DNA of 63,984 nucleotides, filler included, from Craspedostauros australis (GCA_030167865.1; 12 parts of 12 records of this genome joined end to end with filler, not necessarily neighbours in it); one strand, 5' to 3'; shown: positions 34,628-47,600, numbered from the whole stretch's first letter. The notes: generated by a model from the letters alone, not told the origin. Program-made: numbers and translations.

Positions 34628-37600
34628 TCAAAAACGTTTCCCGTGCATGCGAGACACCTGTAGGCGCTCCGTATGGAGAGGTGTCTTCGCTTACCACAGC
34701 CTACGCGCACCAGCCTCCTTCCAAGCTGGTGCCATTCGTGGCCTGTACTGACGTGACGCTGTTCGCAGCATCTACTCGACAGGTATCACGACGTGCGTGG
34801 CGCCGACAGGACCATGGGCAGTGTGACCCTGGTGCCAATGTCTGTGCCACGCCGCACATCGACATGCTTCATGCCTATGAAGTCTTTGCGCAGCCCGTCC
34901 TTCTTGAGGCTGCCAATGCTTCGGCCCCTGCTATGGAGTGTCCCGGTGCCGGCGTCATGCAATTGCATGGTACTCAGGACCGCAGCGTCTCTGTACGTAT
35001 GCTCCACTGCCCGCACTTGGCTGACACGCTTGTTTCACCGCAGGCTATCGTTGGGCAGTCCGACAACGACTTTCAAGGTTTCTTTGTGCACTCCACACCC
35101 CATGGAGCGCGAGTGGTCTTCACGTCCAGCGCTGGTGAGGTCGAGGTTCCCCTTGTGGTGCGCAATGGCCTGTACTACTTCCAAGGCCCATCTCAGCGCG
35201 TGTTTTCCATCCGCAAGGCATCTGCCACACTCGTGTCGGAGCTCTGGCATCTCCGCCTTGGCCACGTTGGCATGAGTCAGCNNNNNNNNNNNNNNNNNNN
35301 NNNNNNNNNNNNNNNNNNNNNNNNNNNNNNNCGCTACGGGTATACCGCCTGAGGCCATCGCTGCAGTGCACCCACTACGGCACTGTGATGCGTGCAGCCA
35401 GGCTGGATACCAACACGCGGCCCGAGGTCCCAATGATACTCAGACAGCCAACGTCCCTGGCGCAAGGTTCCATGTCGACTTTGGGTTCATGCGTGCGTCC
35501 AATGCGCAGTATGGGCTGAAGGGCAAGAGTCCGCGTGACTCGCGTGTGGTACGATCTGTGGATGGATACTGCGCATACCTTCTTGTGGTGGATGCGTACA
35601 CGGCGTACGTCTGGGTCTTCATGACCAAGGACAAGTCTCCACCCATCGTGGCTGTCCGGCAGGTACTCACGTCGTTTGGCCGGTCCAGTGGTTACAGAGC
35701 AGTCCGTGTTGATTTGGGTGGCGAACTGGCGCGCTCCGATCAATTCCGTGCCATGGTGATGGAGTGTGGTTACACAGTTGAACCCACCGGAGCCGACTGC
35801 GCCTGGATGAACGGCAAGGTCGAGCGCCTTAACCGCACATTTGGCACCATGGTGCGGGCACTCTTGTACTCTGCCGGCATGCAACCACATTTCTGGTCCA
35901 AGGCGCTTGCACACGCCGTCTACCTGAAGAACCGGCTGTACCACTCGGGCATCCGCACCACTCCGTACGAGAGACAGCATGGCGTCCAGCCTGATCTCTC
36001 TCACTTGCGCGTGTTTGGGTCTCGCGTTACAGTCAAGAAGCCTGGGAAGGCTGCTGCCAAGCTCGACGTGCACACCTACGATGGCATCTTCGTCGGGCAC
36101 ACCGCCACACAGGCCCTGCATGAGTACTTTGATCTCCGCACTGGCCGGTTCAAGCGCGCTGGGAACATTGTGTTCGACGAGGCACACTTCTCATCGACTC
36201 ACCGGCCGCCTGGACCGCAACTGCTCTTTGATCTGGGATTTCAGCAGCCAGTTGCGGTTGAGTGCGATGCCGCCCGTGTGGGGACTGCTTCATATCCTCG
36301 CATTGGGAAGAAGGTTTCTGCCACACCACCACTCGCGTGCCGGGTGCCGCTCCCTCTTGGAGATCTGCTTGATCGTGCCATCCAGCATGCGTCTGCTGCG
36401 GCCTGCTCCACCACCGATGCGACACATGCTGTGGATCTTGACATGGCTGATGATCCCTTTGGGTACAGCTTCGACCAGACTGTCGCAATCGCTGGGACCG
36501 ATGTCACTTTGGGCTTCGACTTTCGGTACGACGCGCAAAGAGATCGCCTCGTGCTCATCATGTGCCGGCCTGGACAGCCTTCTGCACGGATACCAAGGTG
36601 GAGATCGCGTCTTCGGCACTCTCACCTGCAGACTGTCCATGGCCAAGATGTGCACAACCTGGATCAACTCAAGGCGTGCATCCGCAAGCTGCGCGACGAC
36701 AAAATCTCGTCTGCAGTGTTCACCTTCGCGTTTGACGACGTCCGCAACGCGCTCTCCCAGACTGGTGTCCCGCAAATGTACTTCGATCAACTTCGCAATG
36801 TGAGGGACATCATCGAGTCCATCAGTCCCGTCGCACATGCCACCAGTGTCACTAATGCGCCTGTGAAGCTCACTCGACGGAAGCTTCTACAGCAGGACGA
36901 CTGGCCTGAGTGGAGTGCGGCTGAGTACAAACAATTGGATCAGTATGATGCGCAACGGATGTTTGGAGAGCCCGTCGTGCCCCCTGCAGGAGCAGCTGTG
37001 TTCAACTGGGTTTGGGTCTATGTGGTGAAAACCCATGAGAATAATCGCAAGAAGGCTCGCGCAGTGTGCGACGGATCCACTCGAGGCGGTCATGCACGCG
37101 TCTTTGGCCACACCTATGCCGCCACGCCCGACCTGACGGAGCTTCGCATTCTTCTTGCCATTGCAGCGGTTCAAGGACTCAAAGTCTATGGATCTGACGT
37201 CACCAATGCATTTGCGGAGGCCCCAGCTGGCGAACAACGGTACTACATGCGTGTTGACGAGCAGTATCGCGCCTGGTGGGAAACTCGACGTGGTCGACAC
37301 ATGCCCAGTGGCGCTGTCATCCCAGTCCTCAAGAACTTGCAAGGTCACCCCGAGGCACCCAGGTTGTGGAGTATTCATGTCAACGGACTACTTCGTGCAA
37401 TGGACTTTCAGGCCACTACCCACGCGCCGTGTCTCTACACTGGGAGCATTCAAGGGTCCAAAGTGTACGTCCTGCGACAAGTGGATGACTTCGCGGTTGC
37501 GGCCACCTCCGAGGGTGTTTTTGACACATTCTGCGATCGCCTGGACAACAGTCTGTTCCAGCCCATGACCAGGCAAGGCCTGATGGTACATTACAATGGG

Positions 37601-38602
37601 CTGGATGTCGATCAAACCCAGGACTTCGTCAAGGTCCATTGCACTTCATATATCGACAAGATGCTCGAGCGTCATGAGTGGCAAAACCTCAAAACTACGC
37701 AGCGACTGCCCATGCGATCGGACAACTCCTACGTCAAAAGTCTGGACAACGCGGTGCTCCCAGCGACTGATGCCGAACGCGCGAATGTGGCGAGTCAGTT
37801 TACCTTCCGGTATCGGCAAGCAATCGGTGAGCTTATCTGGGCAATGATCTCGTGCAGACCTGACATCTCTTTCCCGGTTGTGAAGCTCTCACAATTCTCT
37901 GCCAATCCTGCTGCGCTTCATTTTGAGGGCGTCAAGTATCTCATGCGATATGTCGCCGGTACTCGTGATCACGGTGTCACGTATTGGAGGGTACAGCCTC
38001 TCGTGGATATGCCTCCGGCGCCCCATCCCACTCGACTTTCGCCTGCCGACGACGATGTCCATGATGCTACTGGCATTCAACACCTCGACGCGTCAACGCT
38101 GTACGGCTACACTGATGCTGACTGGGGGGTTGACATTCGACATCGCAGGTCCGTCACTGGGATCATCTATCTCTTTGGAGGCGCTGCAGTGGCTTGGAAA
38201 ACTCGTGTGCAGCCTACTGTATCCATGAGCAGCACCGAGGCAGAATTCGTCGCTGCTAGTGATGCTGGCCGCATGGCCCTTTGGCTTCGTTCCATTCTTG
38301 ATGAGGTTGGCGTGAAACAGCAGTACGCGACCATGATATTCGAGGACAACCGCGGCGCGCGGCTGATGGCTTCTGCCAGTCAGCCTACCCGGAACTCGCG
38401 TCACATCGCGATCCGAGAGTTCGCAGTCCTTGATTGGGTTGAGCGGGATCTGCTCACCTACCCAGAGGTCGCCTCTGACCTAAACGCATCCGACATTTGC
38501 ACGAAACAGACGCCTGTGGCCCTGTACTTCCGGCATATCGACCTAGTGATGGGTCGTCTTGTGCCTTTCTATGTACGCGGCCGCGGCAACCCGGATTTGT
38601 AA
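34579..38602 (+). CDS. pol: Pol polyprotein (protease, integrase, RT, RNase H) in the -1 frame to gag; N gap at 35282-35331
   Basis: PR: QCDPGAN. Zn finger: LWHLRLGH...CDAC. IN: FHVDF / RVDLGGE / NGKVERLNRT. RT: KKARAVCDG / DVTNAF / RQVDDF. RH: YTDADW / SSTEAEF / EDN / ASDICTK. Confidence 0.92.
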
Positions 38603-38635
38603 CTTTTCCGCTGGCTACGCCAGCGTGGGGGGGGG

Positions 38636-38710
38636 TGTTGGCATACGGTCGCAGACAGACGGTGCAGCAGCACACACCCATGGTCACAGCCTCTGCCAGA
38701 TCGGAGATAA
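38636..38710 (+). repeat. 3' LTR (visible part), preceded by a poly-G PPT at 38627-38635
   Basis: Identical to 32668-32742. Confidence 0.9.
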
Positions 38711-39852
38711 NNNNNNNNNNNNNNNNNNNNNNNNNNNNNNNNNNNNNNNNNNNNNNNNNNNNNNNNNNNNNNNNNNNNNNNNNNNNNNNNNNNNNCACAA
38801 TTTCCCACGTCACATTTTCCTTCAATGTTTCCGCACTTTCGACTGTTTGTTTTGCCGCATGTGGATGCAAATCATCGTGAGTTTGCTCCAAATTCTCGTC
38901 TTCCTTGGCTTTGCACCGTACAAATTCTTCTTCGTCACAACCAGAATCATTCAGCGTTGGTTGCGCACTGGCGCTCGCAGTCATACTTACCATTGTGCAC
39001 TCCATCGTTTCAGCGGTTGTTGACTTCTTTTCTTGTTCTTTTTTTAACTTGAGATAGTCCGTGATGAGGTATGCTTTTACTCTCAGTGATGATACGTGTA
39101 GTTGAGCGTGCGAGTCTGTTTTCACCCGTTCCATCGTCATCAGTTGTTGGCGTGCGTCGTACTCCGACATTCTGTTCCTTGAGTCATGGCAAGCAAGTAC
39201 GCAGATTTTGATCAGCTCTGCCAACACATAGTCAGGATAGGCTCAAACGATCGAGTCTTCTTTGCGGCGCAACCCGGTGTTGCAACAGGAGGAAGATCCA
39301 TAGAAGCAGTTGTATCCTTCCACATCGCGTCATATTCAGCAGTTTCCATGAGGTTGTTGTGGAGGGCTGTTTTAATACATTCGCTCCACTCTGTTTCACA
39401 CTCTTCTGGGCTTTACGCCTCATCTTTGCCTTTTTGTATCAACTGGTACTGGTTGGCGTGACTACTTGTGGTCTTCCTTCACCGTCGCGCCAAGTTCGTT
39501 CACAACGGAGCACTCCCAAGCCTCTTCCTCCACCAAATTTGGCATCGGTGACATTCGAAGTGTCAAGTAACCAAGCTCTCTCATTCTTGTATTGAATCTT
39601 GTGAGTGTTGGGAACACCAAGCATGTTTGCAGCCCATTGAGGTCTTGGGATCGTACAGTGAGTCAGCCACTTGCCCTTCAATAGGGAAGCGTCAACCAGC
39701 AACATCGTGGTGCCATTGATGTCTCCAAATCGCAGGGCTTTCAAGATGATTGCCATCCCTTCCATCGCTGTCGCCATCACCTGTTGCCTCATCACCATTG
39801 CTATCCCTGCTGTCAAAGTACACAAGTAACTACTGAAGACGTGTTGGCCCAT

Positions 39853-42800
39853 TGTTGCATGCCCTGGTCGGAGCTCTTGTTCTTTTATTGTGAGTTGTCC
39901 GAAGACAATCCCCCGACCAGTATTTTGACATATATGACTAGAAGAGATGAAAAGGTACAGAGAAAGCTGTCACGCCCCTTGATCTCAAGGTGGATCACTG
40001 TAGAACAGGGTTATGGCAAGAAGTGTTAGTGTTGGCCTCACCAATGCCTTGGTGAGCATGTCAGCAAAGTTCTGAGCTGATTGGACTTGGACTGGAACCA
40101 GTATCCCAGCTCCCACAGCCTCACGGACTCAGTGAAATGATATTGCCACATGCTTCTTTTGCAATAGGCTGTCTGCAATCGTCGTTTTCGAGATCACCAC
40201 ATTGTTGTCGCAGAATGTGACCGTCAGTGATTGGACGTGGACTCCCAGCGATCGGAGTGCGTATCGGAGTGCAATGATTTCTTCCGTCACTGATCGCATC
40301 ATGTTGAATTCTGCTCCATATGTAAACGTTGTGACTGATGTCTGCCGCGTGCTCAAGAAGTACACAGGCATCCTGCCAAGGAAAAGGATGATCCCAGTGT
40401 TTGATCAGCATGTGACAAAATCGTGCGCATGGTCAGCATCGACGAATGCATACATTGGCAGCTCCGGATAGATTGGCTTTGGTGATCAGTCATCGACGTT
40501 CTCCTGTGCCTCAGGGTATTCTTCCTTCATTTGCGCCACCAATTCTAGGTTGGACGGTATCGAGTTGAAGTTGTCGAATATCATGGGTCTGGAGTCGATT
40601 TGTGTTCTGAGTGTGGACATACTCTTGAGATAGCCCCATATCTTGAGTACTCTTGCTAGATGTCCTTTCCGTGGTGATGCAGTGAATTGAGAGAGTAAAG
40701 AAGTTGCAAAAGCGACGTCGAAACATCCAAGTTGAATGACCCAGTTCAGCATGCCGATGAGCTGCTGGAACTGTTGGTGTTTGTCTGGTGTGAGTAGTTT
40801 GGAGTCATACGTTTCCGGATGGTCCTTGTCCCACATGGGAACATGCTGGTCATGGAGTGTTCCATGCTGCCATTCGACGTTATCCATCGCGTTTGCAATG
40901 GATTTGTCACATCCAATGCTCCATTTGCCTTTCACATTCCTGGAGTTGTTGTTGCCCAGATAGTATTTGGGTGGTCCAATGTCATTGATGGTGTAGACTT
41001 GCTGGATGACCTTCATGTATTGGTCTGGTTCTTTTGCCACAATCTTGAAGTCATCAACATGCATGCATATGTAGTCATACCCAGTGTCATCCCTCCACTT
41101 GATCCATATGTCCTGGTCATGCCATGATGGAGAGAACCCCATGGATGAGAGTGTGTTTACAAAGTGAGCATGGAAGCTTTGCGCACTCGATTGGAGTCCA
41201 TACAATGCCTTCCTGAGTACGATTGTCTGACCCTTTCTGTAATCGAACTCTTTTCCTGCCCTCACGTACATCTTCTCGTTGATGTAGGCATTGACGAATG
41301 CATTCCCCACGTCGCCGCAGAGTTGCTTCAGCTTGTTTGCGTCCATGATGACATCGAGTATCCGTATACTGGTTGATTTGACGGTTGATGAGTATACTCT
41401 GATGTTGTCAGCGAGTTCAATGAGGTGACCGCTGGCTACCAGCCGCCCCTTGCGCCGCAGATCCTGTTTCACAGCGAAGATGAGCCAGAGCTTGGTGCTC
41501 TGGTAGTACGATGAAGGTCGGTGAGTGGATGGATGGAATTCAAAGCAATCGAGGTCAATCAGAGCGTTGATCTCTTTCTTTGCTGCATCCTTCAACAATG
41601 TGTTGCCATTGGCTTCGTCAAATTGGAGTGTGTGTCGCATGTTGCGTGGCACTTCTACACCGTATTGGAATACTGTAGCGAGGAAGTCCTTGTTCAGCTT
41701 CTTCTTTTCTGGTCGTATGCGCCTCAGGATGGCGATGCTGTCGTTGTTGTCGACTGTGAAGATGTGCATGCGCTCGGTTCGTCGCATGCATCTGCGTATC
41801 GCGCGAAGAGCGTGCTTTGCCCATTTCAGTATTGTCATTGACTGTCGATTGTGCCTGTCATGCCGTTTTGGCTCGTTGGCAATGATGTATCGCGCCACGA
41901 GCTCGTGATGGTCTGCCCTCAGGATGTTGTATCGGAACCATTGAGTTTCATTGTTGTCCCATTTCACATTGAGATGGAGATGTCCGTCTTGGAAGGAGTG
42001 GCCTGCGATGGATGTAATTGCTGGTTCGTTCGTATCGTCTTTGTAATCTGATTTTAGAACATCTCATCATGCTCGCGCTCAGCCAGAGTGTCGATACGCC
42101 CCTGAATCCACTGCTGGGGAAGATCTGGAATCCTCACTGCTTCATAGTCATCGGATTCTCTCAAGTTGTCTGCAGTTGAGAGCTTGTCTTCCCCTTTGCC
42201 ATCGGATATCATGCTCGTAGGCTTGCTGTTGTGGTTGTCGTTGTCGTCAATGATGACATTCTGCTGACCAAACCATCAGTCGTCATGCGGAATAGCATTG
42301 TTGTTGACCACGACGCCCCTGGTCTCCAGTTGTCCCTCAGGAATGCGAGCAGCCGCCCCCGACCGCACGGGAATCGCGTCGATGACCTCACGGACCTGTC
42401 AAGCGAGTTGCACCAGCATCGTCTTGGTTTGCGCTTGTTGCCCCAAGTTGTCTCTGGTAGTAGTGTGTATGAGATCGAGGCGTGCAATGCACTGAACTTC
42501 CTTGTTGGTGATTTGCGGAGCGCTTGCGTCTTCTGAAATTCGTGGTTCCACAATGTTCTGTACCAGGGCAGTGCCTTTGGTTACGTCGTTGCCCCGCGCC
42601 AACCATATGTTGTATGTGAAAGGGTCTCCATGGTCCCATGCGATTCCCAGGAAGTAACCTGGATTGAATGGGTGATGCGGAAACTTTGTCATTGGCTCGA
42701 AATACCAGACCTGGTGAAAGAACGTGAACCTGAACATGGAGATGTCCGGAGTGTTCTTGTGGAGCAGTTCGATGGGATTCTTCCATTGAATGCTCTCCTT

Positions 42801-42890
42801 CGCCGTGTAGTTCCATACATCGATGGCGTGTTGTACCGCATAGCACCAGAAGGCGAGCGGTACGGACGCTTGTTGGCAAGTTCCGCTCAC
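39853..42890 (-). mobile_element. Decayed 5'-truncated copia element of the same family as 18360-24446 (IN C-terminus, chromo-like domain, RT, RH, 3' LTR 39853-39972)
   Basis: Protein collinear with element 18360-24446 (KWDNNETQWFRYNILRADH, DVGNAFVNA, CMHVDDF, QKKHVAISFH). The LTR is homologous to 24326-24446. Confidence 0.92.
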
Positions 42891-43080
42891 GGTAACCTAC
42901 GATCGTGGAAGATGGTGTTGGTTGATAGTCGTCTGTTTGCTATTTCATTACGTTGNNNNNNNNATACTCTCGGTGTCCGTTCGTTCTCTTGCCCGATGCT
43001 CTCGGCGCTTCAATCTGTTTTGTAGATTCGGTCTCCGACTATGAGTCGGTACACGAGATCCTCTCTCGCTCTTCTCTGTA

Positions 43081-43106
43081 CTCTCTCTCTCTCTCTCTCT
43101 CTCTCT
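43081..43106 (+). repeat. (CT)n microsatellite
   Basis: Direct reading. A CT/CA compound microsatellite is also present at ~43853-43882. Confidence 0.9.
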
Positions 43107-43851
43107 TTCAACATCGTGTGCTCGTGCTACACGATACTCCGTGTTCGATGCATGCTCCGCATTCAACACTCTGTTCATTCAGTATTGGCTTTTACTCCAT
43201 GAGTACTTACCATTTGAAGTTCACCTTCAGTATCCATGATCTTCATGGGTCATCGTATCTTCATCTCCTGCTCTGANNNNNNNNNNNNNNNNNNNNNNNN
43301 NNNNNNNNNNNNNNNNNNNNTTAATTAATTAANNNNNNNNNNNNNNNNNNNNNNNNNNNNNNNNNNNNNNNNNNNNCAGTATCAATTCACGTAGAAATCA
43401 GATTTAGGTTCAGTCGGAGTTACGACTGCTCCGGATCTCATTCCGACGGTTTCTAAAGCGCTATTTTTGATAGATATTCTAGTCTTGTCGGAGAAAAACT
43501 GCGAAAAACATAGTTCACGTCGGACACATAAAGCCTACTTGTCGGATGTGTTTTTGGGGCATTCGTGCAAAATGGGTTCTCGTCGTACTATCACGATCGT
43601 GTGATCCCGGAATTAATCATGCCAATGGCACGTTGATCTCGTGATGAGACAATTGGGGTCGTGGGCGCGCGTTGATGGGTTCAACGGCTCTCCAACCTGA
43701 TGCTGACGCGCACAACGGGCCCGAGCGCGTTGACCTGGCCACCCACACGAACATGATTCGAATCCAGCGCCACATCCCTCACGACAAAAATCGCCTCTGC
43801 GATTCCGAGATTGCCACAGGAAGAAATCCAATGACGTGAAATCGTTGCACG

Positions 43852-43883
<32 letters not shown>

Positions 43884-44142
43884 CCTCACTCTCATTCTCG
43901 TCCTCTTCTTGATGCAACACATGATCAACATCACATCAGCCCGAACCTCGGTATGCACATCCCATCATGGCACAGCCTCATCCCCGCAACCAGAGTCGAA
44001 GTGGGGTAAATCGGGCGAAGCAAGTCTTCTCCGACAACAATTCAAGTGGAGGGGCACGAACAGTGTTGGGCCAGCACAAGCATCCACAAGCAAAAGCTGG
44101 CAGCAGCTTGCTTGAGAGCAACAACAAGGCACAGCACATCGA

Positions 44143-45546
44143 ATGGCAGGGACCGCCACTACCACATCTCTGAGCCAGCCTTCAATCAACAGCAAAGCGA
44201 TGGTGAATGGCATCTACGACAATCGGTATGGAATCGGCACCGTCCAAGACTTCCTCGATCTGGCACGGCACATCCTCCTCACCCCTGGGCAGTGCATCAC
44301 CAATCTGCAGAGCCGGGCAGATACATTCGGAAAAGACTTTGCCGTTGCATTTGGGGTTTCTCCCCATCTCTGCGCTCTTCTTTGGGAGCACACACAGCGC
44401 ATACANNNNNNNNNNNNNNNNNNNNNNNNNNNNNNNNTGTACTACATGCGGCACTACCCATCTGTGCGCATGGCATGCCTGTTTCTCAGAACAACAGACA
44501 AAACACTCAAGCTGCATGTGTGGCAAGCCATCAAGGCTGTCGCAGCCCTGAAGAACGAAGTGGTAAGTCAATGCNNNNNNNNNNNNNNNNNNNNNNNNNN
44601 NNNNNNNNNNNNNNNNNNNNNNNNCGTCCAAGACTTCCTCGATCTGGCACGGCACATCCTCCTCACCCCTGGGCAGTGCATCACCAATCTGCAGAGCCGG
44701 GCAGATACATTCGGAAAAGACTTTGCCGTTGCATTTGGGGTTTCTCCCCATCTCTGCGCTCTTCTTTGGGAGCACACACAGCGCATACAACCTTTGCGCC
44801 CGATACATCTTCTCTGGAGCCTGTACTACATGCGGCACTACCCATCTGTGCGCATGGCATGCCTGTTTCTCAGAACAACAGACAAAACACTCAAGCTGCA
44901 TGTGTGGCAAGCCATCAAGGCTGTCGCAGCCCTGAAGAACGAAGTGGTAAGTCAATGCAAGTGCTTGTGGTTTCACAGTTCAATTCGATATCTCACAAGC
45001 TCATCCATTTGCGCCGATTGTTCCCCTTTGATACTACTCTGGATAGATTGTCTGGAACGCGAGATACCAGGGGGATAAGAACAGGACATGCCTTGTCACT
45101 GTGGATGGCACGGATTTTTCAATCAACGAGCCAAGCCCATTCGACCGCAAGTGGTACTCCCACAAGTTCAAGTCGGCTGGAATCAGGTACGAGATTGCAG
45201 TCTCCATCCAGAGGGGAGATATCGTCTGGATGAATGGTCCATTCCCTTGCGGACGGTATCCAGACTTGAGGATCTTCCGCTCTCTATTGAAAGAATACTT
45301 GGATGAAGGTGAAATGGTGGAAGCTGATCGTGGGTACCGTGGCGATGATGCTGTCCGCACTTCAGATGACTATGTTACAGAGGCGGAGAAGCATGCCAAA
45401 AGCCAGGCTCGTGCGCGTCACGAGACAGTGAATGGCCGCTTCAAGACGTGGAAGATCTTGCAGAATCGTTTCCGGAACGACCTCATGTTACACAAGCATG
45501 TGATGAAAGCGGTGGTCACCATCACACAGCTTCAAATCGAACATGG
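44143..45546 (+). CDS. PIF/Harbinger-type DDE transposase/nuclease with intron 44947-45046; 3'-truncated; internal assembly duplication
   Basis: Spliced product reads ...KNEV|IVWNARY...CLVTVDGTDF..WYSHKF..GIRYEIAV..GPFPCG..D...ADRGY..RARHETVNGRFKTWKIL, matching DDE_Tnp_4-type motifs. Confidence 0.85.
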
Positions 45547-45646
45547 NNNNNNNNNNNNNNNNNNNNNNNNNNNNNNNNNNNNNNNNNNNNTTAATTAATT
45601 AANNNNNNNNNNNNNNNNNNNNNNNNNNNNNNNNNNNNNNNNNNNN

Positions 45647-47255
45647 CTCGGGTAGTCCATCGAATACTTCTTGTGAGATGAAGGTGGGATCCTCCTGTAG
45701 TTTCTTCGAAATGGCATTGATGACCATCTCGGTGTTGGATTCATCTTGATCTTGGTTGGTTTCGGCGGTTGCCTTGAAGATCCTGCGTTTGCCGGACCTT
45801 GATCCCCGCTGGTTGTTGGCTACCGCATTGTCCCTGGCGGACTCGGAGATGAGGTACATGCAGGTGGCNCCCATNGACTGCATGTCNGNGCTTCGCTCGA
45901 TGCTCNGGACCATGGTGCGGACATTGATGTCGTCGCAACCAATGAGGTGGTTAAGGAGCGTGCGGCGTTGTTGCGCGTCGGAGACTTGTTGATCCGGGTT
46001 AGTCGCCAGGAAATTCACGTTCGCGAATATATCTTGGATCTCCTTCACATAGGATCCCAGGTCCTGCCTGCTGGGGTTGAAGTCGTGTACCCTCTTCATC
46101 AGAGAGTCGACCTCCATTCCTCGGATCCAGTCGTTATCGTAGGTATTGAGGNNNNNNNNNNNNNNNNNNNNNNNNNNNNNNNNNNNNNNNNNNNNNNNNN
46201 NCATTCCAGAATAGGATACCGTCCTCGGTGAGGAGTCCTCTGGTGGCGAGTCCATGTGCTGGGCCGCCGGCGAAGACGGAGTATAATCCCGCGAATAGGG
46301 TTCTGACGTCGCTCGCGACCTGTTCTGGCGAGGTGGTTGTTGGCACACCTGTCACTGGGTCGATGTGGTCCTTGATCGCATGGATTCCTTGGGAATGGTA
46401 TCTGTGCCGGAACTGGTCGTTGATCAGGTACGCCATGTCGTTTCCCAGGAGGTGGGCATGGATCTGGTGTTTGACCACTTGGAAGGATGCCGCATCACTC
46501 GTGAATTTGACGGAGTCGGGGATGGGGCGTCGCTTCGTTAGCTTGGCCTGGGCGACTGGTGGTTCGCCGTGGGTGGGTCCACGATGTGGTGTATACCCGG
46601 GGTCGTGTTGCCCGTGTGGGGTGTTCGGGCCCATGTTGCGTGGGTCATGTCTTCCGAAACCTCCATTGGGATCGGTTGGGCGGTACCCATACGTGGGTGG
46701 TCGTGGTGGATACCCGGGGTTGTGTTGCCCGTGTGGGGTGTTCGGGCCCATGTTGCGTGGGTCATGTCTTCCGAAACCTCCATTGGGATCGGTTGGACGG
46801 TACCCATACGCGGGTGGTCGTGGTGGATACCCGGGGTGAGGATGTCCAACGGGGGTGAAGGCTCCTTGTGGCATTGGAAAGCCTCCGGCTCCATGGGGAA
46901 AATGGCCCATGGGGATAGGGATTCCAATGGGCGGGAATCCTCCTGGGTGGGTTCCGTGGTACACCGGAAGCGGTGGGCCATGAGGGAATTGGTTTCCCAT
47001 GGCAGGGGAATGCCCATACGGGTTGCCGCCGTGGTGTCCATGGTTAATTGGGGTTCCATGGTTGTCACGGTGCGGGCGGTTTGTCCCATGGTTCGCGGGT
47101 GGGTTTCCGGCAGGGTTTCGGTTCACGGGTTCGTGTCCGTTGTTGCCTCGATAGTTACCCACGCTGTGTGAGGCTGGTGTATCCGCAGTACCGTGGTAGG
47201 GATGCGGGTTCCGATCGTGGGGTGGACGGTTCCCGTCGTTCTCTGGGTAGCTCAT
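45647..47255 (-). mobile_element. Probable LTR-retrotransposon gag fragment with a Pro/Gly/His-rich N-terminus
   Basis: Helical copia-gag-like region (VKFTSDAASFQVVKHQIHAHL...EDGILFWN...SDAQQRRTLLNHL). 117-nt tandem duplication at 46594-46836. Confidence 0.6.
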
Positions 47256-47469
47256 CCGGGGTGCATTGGTATCCCCTGGGTCTCTGGCGGTCGTTTCGGG
47301 GGCGAAGGTTACTACCTTGGCGCCGGTGGGGTTGCGGTTGTAATCGCCGATCGTCGCGGGGTCTACGTTNNNNNNNNNNNNNNNNNNNNNNNNNNNNNNN
47401 NNNNNNNNNNNNNTTAATTAATTAANNNNNNNNNNNNNNNNNNNNNNNNNNNNNNNNNNNNNNNNNNNN

Positions 47470-47600
47470 ACATGAGCACGACGTGAGCACGACGTGAACG
47501 CGACGTAGACGTGCCTTGGATGTGACAAGGGTGCAATGGATACACGACTTGGACGCGACCCTGTCACGACATGGACACGACATAGGTACGACTTCGCACA
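47470..47600 (+). repeat. 11-bp-period minisatellite
   Basis: (g)acatgagcac gacgtgagcac gacgtgaacgc gacgtagacgt ... gacttggacgc gaccctgtcac gacatggacac gacataggtac. Confidence 0.75.

Larger units (their letters stand above)
32668..38799 (+). mobile_element. Near-intact Ty1/copia LTR retrotransposon with separate gag and pol frames
   Basis: The LTRs are identical over the 75 bp visible. PBS, gag, pol (PR-IN-RT-RH) and a G-run PPT are present. Most of the 3' LTR lies in an N gap, so the right end is approximate. Confidence 0.95.

Noticed and set aside
32663..38804. Target-site duplication for the intact copia
   Set aside because: Left GGTTC and putative right ATTTC do not match, and the 3' LTR end lies at an N gap.
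38800..39852. Short minus-strand ORFs between the two copia elements
   Set aside because: Fragmented and unrecognisable; a product call cannot be supported.
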